From the NCBI RefSeq assembly GCF_009914755.1, contig NC_060931.1: DNA of 64,000 bases. The stretch is one strand, 5' to 3'. Of the stretch, positions 42,367 to 56,363 are shown one piece after another (positions within the stretch are counted from its first letter, which is position 1; every line of letters starts with the position of its first letter). The position numbers and the translations under genes were made by a program. This DNA is from the human T2T-CHM13v2.0 reference genome, Homo sapiens. The notes beneath the pieces were generated by a model, which made no database searches, was not told the origin of the DNA, and was given only the letters and a program-made list of their open reading frames with translations.

Positions 42367-43853
42367 CTATGACATCCATTTGGTCTGTAGTACAGATTAA
42401 GTCTGATGTTTCATTGTTAATTTTCTGTCTGGAAGATGTATCCAGTGCTGAAAGTGAAGTGCTGAAGTTTCCAGCTTTCATTGTATTGGGGCCCATCTCT
42501 CTCTTCTGCTCTAATAATATTCCCTTTATATATTTGAGTGCTCTTGTGTTGGATGCGTGTATATTTAAAATTGTTATACCCTCTTACTGAATTGACTATA
42601 ATGACCTTCTTTGTCTCTAGAGTTTTTGTCTTGAACTTTATTTTCTCTGATATAAGTATAGTGAATCCTGCTCTTTTTTGGTTTCCATTGCATGGAATAT
42701 CTTTTTCCATCCCTTTATTTTCATTCTATGTGTGTCTTTATATCTGAAGTGTGTTTCTTGTAGGTGACAGATCAATGGGTTTTGTGTGTTTTTTTAATCT
42801 CTTCAGCCACTCTATGTCTTTTGATTGAAGAGTTTAGTCCATTCACATTCAATGTTATTATTGATAAATAAAGACTTATTCCTACCATTTTGTTATTTGT
42901 TTTCTGGTTCTTTTGTGGTGTTCCCTTTTTTCTTTCGCTTATTTCTCTTTTTTTTCTATTGAAGATAATTTTCTCTGGTGATATGATTTCATTTCTTAAT
43001 TTTTATTTTTTGTGTATTAATTGTATGTTTTTTGGTTTGAAGTTATCACAAGGCTTGCAAATACTATCTTATAACCCATTAGTTTCATCTGATAACAACT
43101 TAACATTATTTGCATCACCAAACAAATAAGCAAAAGGAAAAACTAATAAAAAATGCACCTTAACTTCATGCCCATACTTTTTCAGTTTTTGTTGTTTTTG
43201 TTCATATATTCATATACTATTGTGCTGACTATGTCTTGAAAAGTTGTTGTAGTTCTTATTTTTAATTGGTTCATTGTTTAGTCTTTCCACTTAGGTAAGA
43301 GTAGTTTACACAGAACAGTTACAGTGTTATAATATTCTGTGTTTTTCTGTGTATTTACTGTTACCAGTTAGTTTGTACCTTTGGGTGAGTATTTCTTGCT
43401 CATTAATTTCCTTTTCTTTCTAGTTGATGTATTTCCTTTAACATTTCTTATAGGATGGGTCTTGTATTGATGAAATTCCTCAGCTTTTGTTTTTCTGGGA
43501 GTCTTTATTTCTCCTTCATGTTTGAAGGATAGTTTCACCAGATATACTATTCCAAGGTAAAAGTTTTTTTTTTTGTTTGTTTGTTTGTTTTTGTTCAGCA
43601 CTTTAATATGTAATGCCACTCTCTCCTGACCTGTAAGATTTCAACTGAAAAGTCTGCTGCCAGATGTACTGGAGCTCCATTGCATGTTATTTGTTTCTTT
43701 TCTCTTGCTGCTCTTAGGATCCTTTCTTTATCCTTGACCTTTGGGAATTTGATTATTTAATGCCTTGAGGTAGTATTCTTTGGGTTAAATATGCTTGGTA
43801 TTCTATAACCTTCTTGTATTTGGATATTGATATCTTTCTCTAGGTTTGAGAAG

Positions 43854-44856
43854 TTCTCTGTTATTATCCCTTTGAATAAACTTTCTACCTCTATCTCTTT
43901 CTCTACCTCCTCTTTAAGGCCAATAACTCTCAGATTTGCTCTTTTGAAGCTATTTTCTAGATTCTGTAGCCATGCTTCATTGTTTTTTATTCTTTTTCTT
44001 TTGTCTCCTCTGACTGTATATTTTCAAATAGACTGACTTCAAGTTCACTAATTCTTCTGCTTGATCCATTCTGCTATTAAAGGACCATGATCCATTCTTC
44101 AGTATGTCAATTGCATTTTTCAGCTCCAGAATTTCTGCTTGGTTGTTGTTCATTGTTTCAATTTCTTGTTAAATTTATTTGATAGAATTCTGAATTCCGT
44201 CTCTGTGTTATCTTGAATTTCTTTGAGTTTTCTCAATGCAGCTATTTTGAATTCACTGTCTGAAAGGTCACATATCTCTGTTTCTCCAGTATTGGTCCCT
44301 GGTGACTTATTTAGCTCATTTGGTGAGGTTAAATTTTCCTGGATGGTGTTGATGCTAGTAGATGTTCTTGAGTGTCTGGGCATTGAAGAGTTAGGTATTG
44401 TAGTATTCACTGGGATTATTTGTAGTCATCCTTCTTTCTCTGTTATTATTCCTTTGAATAAACTTTCTACTTCTATCTCTTTCTCTACCTTCTCTTTAAG
44501 GTAAATAACAATCAGATTTGCTCTTTTGAGGCTATTTTCTATATTCTGTAGGCATGCTTCATTGTTTTTTATTCTTTTTCTTTTGTCTCCTCTGTGTATT
44601 TTCAAATAGCCTATCTTCAAGGTCACTAATTCTTTCTTCTGCTTGATCAATTCTTCTATTAAAGGACTGTGATCCATTCTTCACTACACCAACTGCATTT
44701 TTCAACTCCAGAATTTCTGCTTGGTTATTTTCCATAATTTCAATTTTGTTGTTAAACTTATTTGATAGAATTCTGAATTCATTCTCTGCGTTATCTTGAA
44801 TTTGAGTTTTCTCAATGCAGTCTTCACTGTCTGGGATTATTTGTAGCCATCCTTCT
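43854..44856. repeat. Old tandem duplication of L1 ORF1 5' region
   Basis: Copy 1 at 43854-44435 and copy 2 at 44436-44856. Copy 2 lacks ~160 bp internally. Confidence 0.85.
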
Positions 44857-47800
44857 TGGAAAGGCTTTCTAGTTATTTGAAAAAAACCTGGGCATGTGAT
44901 CTAAGTTGTATCTGCTTTAGGGGGCACCTCAGGCCCAGTAACACTATGGTTCTTGAAGACTTATAGAGGGTACTGCCTTGATAGTCTTGGACAAGATATG
45001 GGAGAATCCTGTGGAGGGGAGATACTCTTGTTCTTTTCCCTTGCTTTCTCCCAAACATACAGAGTCTCTGTCTCTGTTCTGGGCCACCTAAAACTGGAAG
45101 TGGAGTGACACAAGCACCCCTGTGGCCACCACCACCATTACTGCACTGGGTCAGACCTGAAACCAGCACAGTGCTGGGTCTTGCAAAAGGCCCACTGTAA
45201 CCACTCCCTGGCTAGTGCTTTTGTTCACTCAAGGCCCTGGGGCTCTACAACAGCAGTTGGAAAAGCCAGCTGGGCCTGTGTCTTTCCCTTCAAAGCAGCG
45301 AGTTCCCCTGGGCCCTGGGTGGGCCCAGAAGTACCTTCAGGGGTCAGAGCTAGAATCACAAACTTTAGAAGTCTATCTGGTATTCTATTGTATTGCAGCT
45401 GAGCGGACACTCACACCACAAGATGCAGTCCTTCTCACTCTTCCTTCCACTTTCCAAAAGAAGAGGAGCCTCGCCTAGTAGCCACTACCGCCCCTGGCCA
45501 TGAGGAATACTGCTGGACTGCCACCGATATTCCCTTAAGGCCCAAGGTGTCTTAAGTCAGCTTGTGGTAAATGTTGACTGGCCTGGGACTCACCATTCAT
45601 TCAAGGCAGTGGGCTCCCCTCAGGCCCAGGGCAGGTCCAGAAATGCTGTTCAGGAATCAAGTCCTGTAAATGGGGACCCCAAGAGCCTATTTGGTGCTCT
45701 AACCCCCTGTGGTGGTCTTGGTACCTAAGGTGCAAGACAAAATCCTCTTTCCTTTTCCCTCAGCTTTATTAAAGCAGAAGGAGCTTTGCTCCATAGTCAT
45801 CACATCTGGTAATATGCTGAGTCTCATCTGAAGCTAGCAAGTCTCAGAGGCTGACCTGGGTCCTTGATGTGGTATCTGGGTATTGCTGCTGGTTATTCAG
45901 GGCCCAAGGGCTTTTCAATTAGCAGGTGATGAATGCTAGCAGAACTGGGTCATATCCTTCAAGTCAGTGGGTTCCCTTCTGGCCCAGGATTGTCTAGAAA
46001 TTTTGTCTGGGAGCTAGGGCCTGGAGTGGGTCCCTCTTGACTCTGACCAGTGCCCTATCCTACTGTGGCTGAGCTGGTATTCAAGGTGCAAGACAATGTC
46101 CTCCCAACTTTTCCCTCTCCTCTCCTCAAGCGGGAGGAAGGGGTTTCTTTTGAAGCCATGAGCTGCGCTGCCTGGGGTTAGAGGAGAGGTAATACCATGC
46201 CCCAGCTGGTGTCTCAGTATGTGGTATGCCCCCACAGTCCACTGTCTTCACCCTAGGACTCACCTAGGAGTTTAGCCCTAGGACTTGCCTACAAGTTGCA
46301 GTCCTTATGGCATAGTCTGCCTTTCAAGTTTACTTAGAGACCAAAAGCACTTTGGCTCTAGATAATGAGGTTTGTGGGTACTCAAGTTCAGACCCCCAGG
46401 ATTGGTGGTTCCTCTCTGGCTAAGGGCTGGTTGAAATGCTCCCTCTGTCAGTGGGCATCAGCTGAGTTTGGTCTGGTTTTCCTTTCTGCTCTAACAGAAC
46501 AGCACTGAATTCACTTCCTTACAAGTGCTGTGTTCTTTCTTCCACAGCACCTAGAGATACTCTCCAAACCATGTTGCCACTGCTGGAAGAGGGGGAGAGA
46601 TGGCATCAGTGATTTAGGACTAGTTTTTCTATCTCTTCATTCTCTTTCAAGATATGAAGTTAAAACCAGGTACTGTGAGTGCTCACCTGATTTTTGGTTG
46701 TTACAAAAGTTTATTTTATTTTATATTTTTGTAGATAGTTGTTAACTTGGTGTCCTTGCAGGGGGAATGACTGCAGCTTTCTATTTCACCATCTTGCTTT
46801 ACCTTCTGTTGTAGTTTCTTTTGCTGTGCAGAAGCTCTTTACTTTAATTAGGTCCCATTTGTCTATTTTTGTGTTAGTTGAAGTTGCTTTTGGGGATTTA
46901 GCCAACAGCCTCTTTGGAAAGCAGTCTGGAGATTTCTCAGTGAACTTAAAATAGAGCTACCATTCAACTTAGTAATCCCATTACTGGGTATGTACCCAAA
47001 GGAAAATAAATTATTCTACCAAAAATACACGTGCACTCATATGTTTATTACTGCTTTAGTCACAATAGTAAAGTCATGGAATCAACACAGTTGCCATCAG
47101 TGGTAGATCATATAAAGAAAATATGGTACATACATGCCATGGAATACTACACGCCCATAAAAAAGAACAAGATGCAGGAACATAAAACCAAATACCTCAC
47201 TTTCTCACTTTTAAGTGGGGGCACATATAGATGTAAATATGGACACACATAGACAAAAACAATTTGACACTGCCAAGGTGGGGGAGGGGGGTGTGGGTTG
47301 AAAAACTACCTATCAAATGTTATTCTCACTACTTGGGTGATGGGATCTTTACCCCAAACCTCAGCATCATGCAGTATTTTCATGTAACAAACCTGCACAT
47401 ATACCCCAATATCTAAAATAAAATTTGAAATAAAAAACTCAGTAAACTAGAAAACAGGCAAATAATACAGAAGTTTAATAAAGCCAAAGTGAATTCTTTA
47501 AAAAGATCAACAAAATTGATAACCCATGAATTAAAAATTCAAAAAGAAGAGAGAACCCAATTTATAGGTTATTACTACATGTTCTATAGTCATTAAGCGG
47601 AAATAAGTACTTTGAGTTTAAGAAGAAATTAAGATGAAATTTGAACTTAAATAGGAATATTAACAACAGCATGAAAACACTTCCAACAAATTATACTAAG
47701 TGGTTAAATTTCTTGAAACACCAACAAAACTTAAGAAATGTGAGTTAAATAGTACTAAATCTATTCAACATTCTGAATTTCCAGAAGGTGGTGAATTCTA

Positions 47801-48289
47801 CAAAACATTTAAGTGTGCTATCAAACAAATGCTTCAAAAAATAAAAAGGTGAACAAATTTTTCCAAACTTTTTATGAAGCCATCATTACTGATAACAAAA
47901 CCAAATATATTGCAAAAATAAATCCTGCAGACCAGTATTTCTCATAAACAAAAGTTTATAAAATATTTTCAAATAGAATCCAGAAATACCTAAAGTGAAA
48001 CCAAGTGACCAGCTGCGGTTTATCATAGAAATGCAAGGTTGGCTTAATATTAAAAAATCAATCAATCATGGAAACAGAATAAAGTACAAAAATCATATGA
48101 TCCTTACAATCCATGTAGAACAAGCGTTTTTTTTTAAATAAATGTCTGTTCATTATAAAAATTATCAGAAAACTATCAAGAGTTATTAAATTGATAAAGG
48201 ACATTTAAGAAAAGCTTATAACTAGCATACTTATTGGTGAAATACTGTACAGTATCCCCCTAAAATCAGGAACATAGTAAGGGTTTTCA

Positions 48290-50947
48290 TTCTATTTTTT
48301 TTTTTCCAACCCTGCACTGGAGATTACAGCCATTGCAAACCTGTTGTACTTCTAATTCTGTCTGCATCCTGGAGAACCTGCCTGATAGAGTTGGTATAAA
48401 GATTGTTTTGAGAAAGCAGCCAGAAAAATAAATGGTTCTCTCTGCCTGATTGACAATGAGTACCCCCATCTAGATGCTATGTAGGACAGAAATTATCCAT
48501 GGCACACAATGGCAACGTAATTTCTTAAACTTTCACAAGGAAAATATTTTTGGACAAAATTCCCTTGGAGGGGGATATGATGCTGATGTAATGATTCAAA
48601 TCTTTGAAAGGGACAAGGGGAGAGTGAGCTAATGGAATTGGTTGGTTGTTAGTAAATTGCATCGAAGCCCGACAGAAGTATATTGAAAAGCTTAGGGCAG
48701 TTAACAATCAATTAAAAACTTAATACAAAGGTTATTGAGCTTCTTCAGAAGCTTACAAAAGGTGTTTATCTCTTGCCAGAGGGAAGTACGAATAACTGAA
48801 GACCAAGTCAGGATTTAAAATCAGAGTTGCCTGCTGCAAAAATGATTGAATGCTCAACTGAAGTGTTTGTTATGACAAGGTCAGACCTCGGATGGGTAAA
48901 CCCGGGAACAGGACAGATAGAATAGGGACCACTGGATGAAGGTCCTTAAAGATACTGGCTCCATAAAGTTCTTTGAATCCTCAGAGCTTACCAGATGCCC
49001 ATTTCTCCCCCATAAAGAGCTAGTACTCTTCCCGTTTAGAAAGACACTGCAGAGGCCTTCCCTTGCAAGGCAAAAGGAAAATCTTTCATTATCTATCTTC
49101 TTCTCTCCTCATTCCTAGAGTTAATTACAGCATAAAAAAGCCAGGCATGTAAATCTGGTAAGATAGAAAAGAGATTATCTTCTCCTTGCCTCCAAAGAAT
49201 TTTGGAGAATTAACCAGAGTGTATCAACAGGAGCTAGGTGAATACCCCTGAGGCTAGACTTGGAGATTGCTTGATCAGGAGAGCCAGAACATAGCACTTC
49301 ATAAGGAATAGCTTATTGGCTTGGAGCATGCTCATGGAATTTAGGATTTTAATACCACGAGAAGTAGGCCAGGTTATGGTGCGAACTCTTCCCTAGAGTG
49401 GCTTCTAGAAGACTGAAGAACATGATGGCCTACACAGAACAGAGGTGTCATGTATGAATTGCTGTGGCAGATGATGGCTGGAAGGGTTTAAAAGGTTCAT
49501 GAAAGTGTGTTTTTCCTATTGAATTGTTTGAGTTCCTTATATATCTGGTTATTAATCCCTTGTCAGATGGATAGTTTGCAAATATTTTCTCATGTTCAAA
49601 GGTTTATGTCTTCACCTTGTTGATTATTTTCTTTGAGAAGCTTTTTAGCTTGACATAATCCCATCTGTCTATTTTTGTTTCTGTTGCCTGTGCTTTTAAG
49701 GTCTTCCAGAAAAAATATTTGCCTAAACCAATATCCTGTTGTGTTTCTTCAAGCTTTTTCTAGTAGTTTCATAGTTTCAGATCAAAGACTTAAGTCTTAA
49801 GTGCATTTTGATTTGATTTTTATATATGGTGAGAGATATGGGTGCTGTGTAACTCTTTTTCAAATGGTATAATGTTATTATGTGAAACCAGAATACTCAC
49901 CAGAGGATTATGTATACAAGACAGTTAGGTTCTTCACATGATTATGTCTGCTGGACAGTCTGGAAGACACACTATTTACCAAGGCCACCAGGAATGTGAT
50001 GGTAAGAGAGTTGCCAGCATCATCAAGGAGATTAGTGATGCCTCTTTTCTGTAGGTCAGGGCTGACTGCAAGGGAGGTTGTTTCAGAGCCTCTTTGCTTA
50101 TTAATAGCAAAGGGTATGATGAGACCTCAAAGAAGCAGAAGCCAGGTGTTTATCTGCCAGAAGCTAGGACTTCTCAGCTAATGCAGTGACTGGCAAGGTA
50201 GGAATAGTGAGATTTAACCCCCCAAAAATTGTGGGGTTTGTGGAACATGGTATTCCTATGGATAAAATAGGGTAGGCAGCTAATAAGGGTAATGTTAAAT
50301 ATTCTTGTTAAATATTGTTAAATTGTGCAAGAGAAAGCAAGAATAGATGAACTCACGGTGGTTTTCCCAGTAAAAAGCCATGATTTTTTTACCCAAATAC
50401 GTGAGGCAGTTTTCAGACCCAAAAATCATTGACTAAAGAGATGGAGTGTCTGCAGGAGGAAGCCTGCAAAACCATAACAAATATATATTTGCCTCAAAAG
50501 ACCCATGGCTATTTACTTGGGTGAGTATACATAGGGGAAGAATGAATATCCAGACATTTTGAGGATTATTAGATACAGGATTTGAGTTGACATTGATATT
50601 TGAGGACAAGAAGAGTGGCATTGACCTATATTAAAGTAGAAAGCTCTGAGGACCAAGTAATAAATGAAATTTTGGCCCAAATTTGGCTTACAGTTGGTCT
50701 ACTAGGTCCATATACCCAGCCAGTGGTCACTGAATGCATAAATGAGATTAACAACATTGGCAGTTGGAACAACTTCTACTATCAGTCCTTGACTTAAGTG
50801 GAAATGACAACCATAGTGGAGAGGGTTGTCCTCTTTCCATTGACTAAGGGACAAATAAAATGCAATATCCCATCCTGGTGGTATGTGTGTTAGGGAGGTG
50901 ATGGCAGAGATTAGTGGGGATGTAGAATCTCAAGGATGCAGGGCTGG
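48290..50947 (+). mobile_element. ERVL-class provirus remnant: LTR 3' end, gag, protease and start of pol
   Basis: gag-like YQQELGEYP*G*TWRLLDQ and VRELPASSRRLVMPLFCRSGLT; protease GLLDTGFELTLI at ~50563; pol start LKDAGL. Confidence 0.8.
49506..49869. repeat. Direct dispersed copy of 52011-52370 inserted into ERVL gag
   Basis: About 12 substitutions and one 4-bp indel over ~360 bp by manual comparison. Confidence 0.95.
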
Positions 50948-51163
50948 CATTTTAATCTGTTTGTGCTGCTATAGCAAAATACCTAAAACTGAGTAATTTA
51001 TAAAGAACAGAAATTTATTTCTCATGACTTTAGAGACTGGAAATCCAATATCAAGGCACTGGCACGTTTGGTGTTTGGTGAAGTCCTGGTCTCTGCTTGC
51101 AAGATAGTGCGATATTGCTACCTCCTTGTGGATGTTTCCTGATTGGCAGATAAGATGAAAAGC

Positions 51164-51194
<31 letters not shown>

Positions 51195-51345
51195 GAAGTG
51201 GCTATGCTAGTTCTCTCTAGCCTTTTTATAAGGCACTAATCCATTTATGACTTAATCACTTCCCCCAAAGGCCCAACCTCTTAATAACACTGCAATGGAT
51301 ATGTTTCAGCACGAATTTTGGAGAGGAGACACATTCAAACCATAG
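50948..51345 (-). mobile_element. MST-family MaLR LTR with an internal A27 run (51164-51190)
   Basis: tgtttgtgctgctatagcaaaatacc...ttcaaaccatag. Probable TSD gctgg. Confidence 0.85.
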
Positions 51346-53049
51346 CTGGTAACCACCAATCTATCTATCTTCATGAGCTACATGCTTTTTTAGATCTCAC
51401 ATATGAGTGAGAACATGCAGTATTTGTCTTTCTATGCTTGGCTCATTTCACTTAACATAATGAACCTCTTCCATCCATGTTGTGGCAAATGATGGGATTT
51501 TATTCTTTTTTATGGCTGAATAATATTTCATTGTGTATATATACCACATTTTCCTTATCCATTCATCCAATGATGGACACTTAGGTTGATTCCATACTTT
51601 GGCTATTGTGAATAGCGCTGAAAAAAACATGGGAGTGCAGGTATCTCTATGACATATTGGTATCTTTTCTTTTGGATATATACCCAGTGGTAGAATTACT
51701 GGGTTATATGGCAGTTCTATTTTCAGTTTTTTGAAGAACTTGCATACTGTTTTCTATACTGGCTCTACTAATTTACATTTCTACTAACAGTGAACAAGAG
51801 TTCCCCTTTTTCCTCATTCTCACCAGCATCTGTTATTCATGTCTTTTTGATAAAATTCATTCTAACTGGTGTGGGATGATATCTCACGTGATTTTGATTT
51901 GCATTTATCCAATGATTAGTGATGTTGAGTATTTTTTCATATGCTTGTTGGCCATTTGCATGTCTTTTGAGAAATGTCTATTCAGATATTTGTCTATTTT
52001 TAAATTAGATTGTGTTTTTCCTATTGAATTGAGTTCCTTATATATCTGGTTATTAATCCCTTGTCAGATTGATAGTTTGCAAATATTTTCTCATGTTCAA
52101 AAGGTTATGTCTTCACCTTGTTGATTGTTTTCTTTGAGAAGCTTTTTAGCTTGACATAATCCCATCTGTCTATTTTTGTTTCTGTTGCTTGTGCTTTTAA
52201 GGTCTTCCAGAAAAAATATTTGCCTAGACCAATATCCTGGTGTGTTTCTTCAAGCTTTTTCTAGTAGTTTCATAGTTTCAGGTCTTAGACTTAAGTCTTA
52301 AGTGCATTTTGATTTGATTTTTATATGTGGTGAGAGATACGGGTGCTGTGTAACTCTTTTTCAAATGGTAATTCAGTTTTGTCAGCACCATTTATTGAAA
52401 CAACTTCCCTTTCTTCATTATATGTTCTTGGTGTCTTAGTAAAAAATGTTGTAAATATGTTGATTTACATCTAGGTCCTCTATTCTATTGCATTGGTCTG
52501 TGTCTCTTTTTAACACGTTAGACTGATTTGTTTACTATAGCTTTGTAGTATATTTTGAAGTCAGGTAGTGTCATGCCTTCAGTTATTATTTTTTTTCTTA
52601 CGATTGCTTTGTCTACTTAGAGTCTTTAATGGTTCCATATAAATTTTAGGACTTTTTTTTTCATTTCTGTGAAGAATGTCATTGGTATTTTGGTTAGACA
52701 GTTCACTGAATTTACATATTGCTTTGGGTAGTATTTTAATTTTAACAATATTAATTCTTCCAATCCATGAATATAAGATATTCTTCCACTTTTTGTATGT
52801 CCTCTTGTATTTTTTTCAGCAGTTTTTTATAGTTTTTTTAAAATGAGAACATCACATCTTTGGTTAAGTTGATTCCCTATTTTATATTCTTTGTAGCTGT
52901 TTTAAATAGGATTACATTCTTGATTTCCTTTTCAGATTTTTGGTTGTTGATGTAAATAAATGCTATTGACTTTTGTATGTTAATTCTGTATCCTGCACTT
53001 TTACTGAATAAGTTTATCCATTCTGATTTTTTTTTTGGTGGAGTTTTTA

Positions 53050-53374
<325 letters not shown>

Positions 53375-54598
53375 AAGATCATGTTGCCTGTGTACAAGGT
53401 TAATTTGGCTTCTTCCTTTCCAATTTTGTTGGGCTTTATATCTTTCTCTTGCCTGTTTGCTCTGGTCCAAACTTTTAGTATTATGTTGAATAAAAGTGAT
53501 GATGCTGTCTTATTCCAGATCTTAGAGAAAACTCTTTCAAATATTTTTCATTTAGTATGATGTTAGCTGTGGGTTTGTCATATATGGCCCTTATGATTTT
53601 GAGGTATGTTCCTTCTATACTCAGTCTGTTGAAGGTTTTTGTCATTAATATGTTGAATCTTATTGAATAAGTTTTCAGCATCTGTTGAAATGATCCTATG
53701 TTTTTTTGTTCTTGGTTCCATTACTGTGATGCACCATGTTTACTGATTTGTGCATATGGAGCCAGCCTTGCATCCTTAGTATGAATCCCACTTAATCGTG
53801 GTGAATGATATTGTTGAATGCAGTTTGCTAGTATTTTGTTGATAATTTTTGCATCTATGTTAATCAGTGATATTGATGCCTGTAGTCTTTATTTTTTGTT
53901 GTTGTAACCTTGTTTAGTCTTATTTTCAGGGTAATGTTAGCCTCATAGAAAGAATTTGACAGCATTTCTCCCTCTTCATTTTTTTTGGAACATTTTGAGC
54001 AGAATTGGTGTTTGTTTTTCTTTGAATTTGGTGGAATTCAGCAGTGAATCCATCAGGTCCTGGGCTTTGTTTGATGGGAGACTTTATTATGGCTTTGATC
54101 TCGTCACTCATTATTGGTTTGTTGAGGTTTTCTTTTCTTCATGTTTTAATCTTGGTAGATTTTATGTCTCTGGGAGTTTATTTCTTCTAGGTTTTCCAAT
54201 TTGTTGGCTATAATTATTCGTAATAGTTTTTAATGACTCTTTGTGTTCCTATGGTCTCACTTGTTATGTCCCCTTTTTTGTTTCTGATTTTATTTACTTG
54301 GGTCTTCTCTCTTTTTTTCTTAGTTCAGCTAAATAATTTTTTTCCAAAAATCAACTTTTTATTTCATTGATCTTTAGTATTTTTTAGATTCAATTTCATT
54401 TATTTCTGCTCTAATCTTTATTATTTATTTCATTCTACTAATTTGGTTTGTTTTGCTTTTCCATTTTCTTGAGGAGCACTGTTATAGTTTATTTGAAGCC
54501 TTTCTGTTTTTTTTTAATGTAGGTGGTTATTGCTATAAACTTCACATTTGTACTGTCATTGCTGTATCCCATAGATCTTGGTATGTTGTATTTGTTTT

Positions 54599-54635
<37 letters not shown>

Positions 54636-55140
54636 CTAGCTTCATTTACTCAACATAATGTTTATTAAATACATCTATATTGTTACAGATATCAATCATT
54701 ATTTTATTGCCTTGAATATTTTATTATATAAATATATCACAATGTATTCATTCTCATGATAATGGACATTTGAGTATTTCTCAAGCTTTGTTATTATAAA
54801 TAAATCTGCTAAGAACTTTCTTGTATGTGTCTTTTGGTGGATGGACGTATACACTCATTTTTCTTGAATATGTAGCTATGAGTGAAATTGCAAGATCCAA
54901 GGATATATATATGTTTAGCTTTCGTAGATACTTCCACATAATTTCCTGATTTTTATGTTGTAAAGCCAGCTTTATTTTTGTCAGTTTTTGCATGGTATAT
55001 TATTTTCCATTCTTTTACTTTCAAAAAGTCTGCATATTAATATTTAAAGTATATTACAAACAGCACATAGCTGGGTTTTGGGTTTTTAATTTTTCAAATT
55101 CAGTCTTCTATTTTTTCTCTTCTGTACACCTAAAGTCTTT

Positions 55141-55295
55141 GTTTTTTTTTTTTTGTTTTTTTTTTTTGTTTGTTTTTTTTGAGACCGGGGGATTCACTGC
55201 GTTGCCCAGGCAGGTATCAAAACTCCTGGGCTCAAACAATCCCCCCACCTCAGCCTCTCAAATAGCCAGGACCACAGCATGTGCCATCAGGCCAG
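55141..55295 (-). mobile_element. FLAM/AluJ monomer
   Basis: T-tract followed by gttgcccaggc...aactcctgggctcaa. Confidence 0.75.
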
Positions 55296-56046
55296 CACAC
55301 AAACACACACAGCTTTTTAGTTGGAATGCAGTATATATTGTCTAGTTACATCTAATGTAATTACTCATATAGTTAGGTTTAAGCTTACATCTTGTTATTT
55401 GTTTTCTATTTGCTCCAATTATTCTTTATTTCTTTATTACTACTTTTTCATCTTATGATAATTGTAAATATTTATGTTTTTCAATTTTATCGTCTCTGCT
55501 AGTTTTTTAATTATATCTTTTTACGTTACTGTTTTAGTGGCTACCCTAGAGATTACAATAGGTATCGCTGATTTATTGTAATCTAACTTAAATTGGTATA
55601 TTTATCACTTCCTGAACAACGCTAGAGCCTTTCAACAATTCAGTTCCATTTACCTGTCCTGCCATTTGGGTTACTGTTGTTATATATTTTCCTTGTGTGT
55701 ATATTCTAGACCCTACAAGACATGGTGATTGCCTAAAACAATCAATTTTCTTCATATTTATTGTACTCACACATTTACCCTTGCAAGTGTCCTTCATTTG
55801 TTTTTACACTTATGCGATTCTTTGTAGAATCATTTTTCTTCAACCCGAAAAACTCCCTTCACTGTGCTGAAGATAAATTGTTCAGTTTTTGTTTGTCTGA
55901 AAACATCTTTATTTTGCCTTCCTTTTAGATATATTTTTACCGGTTATATAATTCTAGGACTGCAAATGTTTCTTCTGTTTTTCAACTTTTTAAACATGCC
56001 ATTCCATGTGTTCTGGCTTCCACAGTTTCTATTGAAAAATCAGACG

Positions 56047-56363
56047 TGCTGGGTGCAGTGGCTGACACCTGTAATCCCAGCACTTTGGGAAGCCGAGGCG
56101 GGTGGATCATTTGAAGTCGGGAGTTCGAGACCAGCCTAACATGGTGAAACCCTGTCTCTACCAAATACAAAAAAATTAGCTGGGTGGGTGGTGCATCCCT
56201 GTAATCCCAGCTACTTGGGAGGCTGAGGCAGGAGAATCACTTCAACCCGAAGGGGGACGGAGGTTGCAGTGAGCAGAGATTGTGCCATTGCACTGCAGCC
56301 TAGGCAAAAAAATAAAACTCCATCTCAAAAAAAAAAAAAAAAAAAGGAAAGAAAGAAAGAAAG
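56047..56363 (+). mobile_element. AluS with an A/GAAA tail
   Basis: TSD aaaaatcagac. Confidence 0.9.
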
